From NCBI RefSeq assembly GCF_964355755.1, contig NC_092672.1, positions 5,642,001 through 5,706,000 of the forward strand: a stretch of DNA of 64,000 nucleotides. Reading direction: 5' to 3'. Shown piece after piece: positions 60,501 through 64,000 of the stretch; position 1 is the first letter of the stretch; each line of letters starts with the position of its first letter. The DNA comes from Antedon mediterranea. Lineage: Eukaryota; Animalia; Echinodermata. Under the pieces are notes generated by a model. That model saw only the letters and a list, made by a program, of their open reading frames with translations, was not told where the DNA came from and did no database searches. A program made the position numbers and the translations under genes.

Positions 60501-63053
60501 CCTTTTTTATCTTTTTTTTTCTCTCTCTCTCTCGGGGTCATGGTGGACAAGTTTTTTACTTCTAATCATGACCCCAATGATGGCTTTCTCTTATTTACCT
60601 CTTCTTGTTTTTGTATTGTATTACTGTTTTTTATTGCTTATTATTCTTGTATTATTACCATTACCATTATTGAATAAATGTTAATTGAACTTATAGTGCC
60701 AATACATAAAGATAATTAAGTTCAGTCAATATTATTTAAGTCACCTCTAACAGATTGGATTAAGTTACTATTAATGGTTTCTGTTCGATTAGTCTGTTAA
60801 CATTAAGTAATAATTCGTTCTTATATAGCGCTTAAGCCTAATTATTGCACAATTTTTCTAAGCGTTTCACATTATTACCACGGTCATTTTTTTTGTTGAC
60901 CAAACACGTATGGAAACATACTCTCATAATGAATATAATTATTAAGACATTAGTAAAATCTTAGCCTTGGCAAATGGTGTTTAATGAAAATTATTAATAG
61001 TTATTTGAGTTCATATTATGCATGGAATAGAACGCGGTTGTCATTATTTGTGTATGACAGGGACTAAGACAAACATCGAACAATACATCAGCAACCCAGT
61101 GCAAATAACAGCCCGACAAATAAAAACGACAAGGCGTATGCCAGCATACATTACTACAGCAGAATATTATTTCTTGTTAGCTAAGTCAGGGGGAAGAGTG
61201 AAATTACACTCTTTCAGTGCCGTACGAGGTGACTTCCACTAATATTTTCCTGTTTCAGACCTATATGGAGTTGAATTGTACGCCGCATAACTCTGTAGGT
61301 CTAACAGGCCCTAAGTTAGCCAAGAGCCCCAATATTACAAATTATAATCACGTCATTAGAATAATCTGATCATGCCTCATTCTGATGAAATTAAAGTAAA
61401 CATATATAATTACATAAAAAGAAAGAGATAAAACTAATCAAAAGCTCTGTCTACACTATCAAACTAGTTTGACAAAAAAAATTGTGATGTGCTCAAATAT
61501 AGTAGCGATATGTCATCATCATGTCCATATATGGGCAAGGACTTACTTGTTTAGTAAACAGCGACGTTTCTCGTCGACCTATCCAGGTCGTATCATCATG
61601 CCGTAACAGATTTAAATCTTTCTCAACTTAATACGACCTGGATGAATGGCAATATCCATATATGAATAAATAATTGTATTATCAAATATTTTTTTATAAT
61701 TTCTGATTATTTATTCAATTAAAACAAAAATTTCATTTAGGCCCAATACTATTAATGGATTTTTGCCTATTTTGTCCTAAAAAAGATCTACAATAACTAC
61801 GTTTTTTTTATGGCACTTTGACTACTCCTGAACCAATATGAAACATCAACAACGGTCAAAATACTTTTATTTAACTAATGATGATGATTGTAGACGATTG
61901 TAATACATACTATAATCAATAGGTGTTCCACTATATCTACAAATCAGATGAACATTGTGTTCCACTATGCTAGTACTGTTCATAAAATGAATGTTGTGTG
62001 ACAGGTTGGGGATAGATACGGTAGGCCTAATGTACATATTGACGGAAGAGTCTGAAGGGATATGATTTGCATTGTGTCAGCTTATCTCCAAAATAAGCAC
62101 ACTAATCCCACACCTTAAACTATTCATAATACACCATAGCATTATAGGTCATGGTACAGTATTTTCAAAGGAAAACATAATATACTGTATAATAAAAGAA
62201 ATGTGGATCAATGCCGCGGAAAAGGGTAGGGCTTGAGTTATGCATAAAATAGAAAAACAAGTTTGGTAATGGAAAAACAAGGCCATGTCTACATGGCTGC
62301 AGTCGCGTGCTCAAGTTAGTGTTTACCGACAAACCGACCGACATAGTGAGCTGTAAAGTCGTGTAGAACGCGACTAAAAACTTTACTGTGATTTTTCAAG
62401 TTTTCTTTTCATATAAGAATTATCAAGGCAGTGATGAGATTATATAGAGCTTGGGTTAAATTTATTTAATTAAAGATGAATTATGTTTCAAAAACAGTGA
62501 AGAATAAGAAAATATATCTTAGATTATCATTGGCAAATTAGCTATAGATAAGTAGGACAAGTATGACTGTAAATTAGGCAAAAACATTAAAAATATTAGT
62601 TTTTACATTCTTGCAAATATATCATAAGTATGATGAGTGCCCGGCCTATGGAGGGCAACTGCATTATTCTACAGTATCAATACACAGAAAGTATGATAGA
62701 CAATTAGTTAATTGTTTGTGGCGAGCAAAAACTTTAAATCAACAATTAAATGCAATTATTAATAAACGTTTTAATTTACGTATAAATGGCAATTTTGTTT
62801 TCACAGTGCACGTAAACGCTGTTGGAAACTCACTTTACGCAGGTATTTTGATGCAGGCTAGGTATGTCAACGGTGATTCCACATCCATTGGTTCGTGGGT
62901 TTCTTCAACATTACCAAGTAATACAAAGACAATTGAATGCCATAGCCGATCAAATTCTGCTGTCACACATTCTAATCCGGTGCTTAAGCCCTCAACAACC
63001 ACCTTTACATGGATCCCTCCGTCATCCGGAACCTCTGAAGATATTGAATTTGT
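57563..63053 (+). CDS. Second Reeler-domain gene (partial; exons 57563-57782 and 62807-63053, continues beyond window)
   Basis: Signal peptide, GFEDGAPLTACTTLMPGH, YAGILMQAR, IGSW, AVTHSN..K, FTWIPP, IEFV; same intron phases (1 and 2) as the upstream Reeler gene. Confidence 0.88.
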
Positions 63054-63747
63054 GTAAGCATTTTTTTATTATGCTACAGCAGGGCCGTAACCAGGTTTGA
63101 CGGCGGGGTGGATCGTTAAGTTGTTTAGTGGAACCATACCCTCAATTTTTTTTTCTCTATAGGCCTATGTATGGCCGCAAATCGCATTTCCGGCTAATCT
63201 CTTTTGTTTATGAACTATATAATTTGGTGTAATTTCCACCCCACGAATTTCAATTGCCGACCTTAAATTGACGGCATTCTCTTGCCAACCGAAACTAGGC
63301 TAGATCCCTCCTCCTTTTAAGCCTCCTAGCAACAACAACATGGTACATTAAGGGATCGTATCATTGAGACTTTAACAGGCATATTCACCATCATGTGGTG
63401 TTTAGGTAACAAACCATGGAATTAAGATGATCCCTGAATTCACTCAACCATTGCATCTTGCACTTGCTTTCTCTATACTATCAAGCAGCTGGCTGGGCAC
63501 GTCACACGCACGCGGAGACCTGTGTAGGGGAATACCCTTTTATGTCAAGCAAACAACTATGCTCTGTGTTCGGCTAGCTCCAGAACCACGATGTTCAGCA
63601 GTTATCAAATAGAATTTATCTTGTAAATTTTAGTGTTAGGTTTTTATATTTTAGTTAAAATATATTTTAAATTCTTATGTTGATTTATATTAATTAAATT
63701 TATTAAGGCTTGACTAGGCCTGTAGTAAACAATCGTAATGTTGTGTT

Positions 63748-64000
63748 AGGGCCTGTTTCTATAGAGCAGAGAATACGGTTTTGAATACCGTTCTTTTCAA
63801 GAACCGTTTTTTCTTGCCAGCAGAAATGGGTCCCCACAAAAAACCACAAAAAAGAACCGATCTTAAAAACGGTTTCAAAAACCCCAATTGATTGCGGTCT
63901 CGATCGCAAAGAACCGTTCTGAAACCGGTTTCCGCGGAGCAATTTTTAGCTGCAACACAATCGCGGTCTCAATTTGACCCCAAAAACTGAACTCTGCAGT
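63748..64000. mobile_element. Left end of a probable Harbinger-like element
   Basis: tta|gggcctgtttctatagag start and repeated GAACCG/CGGTTT subterminal motifs; right end not in window. Confidence 0.4.

Overview
AT-rich eukaryotic (metazoan) genomic DNA with spliceosomal introns. The TLR style, Deu-type SINE and EGF-rich genes suggest an invertebrate deuterostome such as an echinoderm (inference). 1-18 kb: a minus-strand tandem array of at least six 'short' two-exon Toll-like receptor loci (signal peptide, Cys-rich cap, ~8 LRRs, LRR-CT, TM | intron | TIR). Three look intact (B, C, D) and three are pseudogenes (A, E, F); the array runs off the left edge. Ectodomains are mosaics of each other, TIRs are nearly identical, every copy has an in-frame stop straight after the TM-proximal splice donor, and the duplicated unit includes the 3' end of the neighbouring UPB1 gene. 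19.5-33.3 kb: 14-exon beta-ureidopropionase (UPB1), whose last intron is a 78-bp satellite split by a transposon. 35.1-36.9 kb: KIAA2013 homologue, divergent from UPB1. 38.3-40.2 kb: 3-exon orphan gene. 40.9-54.5 kb: Reeler + 15 EGF + TM gene built from duplicated exon cassettes, with one EGF exon hit by a LINE. 57.6 kb onward: a second Reeler gene running off the right edge. Many MITEs, SINEs (tRNA- and 5S-derived) and LINE fragments. Exon coordinates were read by eye; no database search was run.
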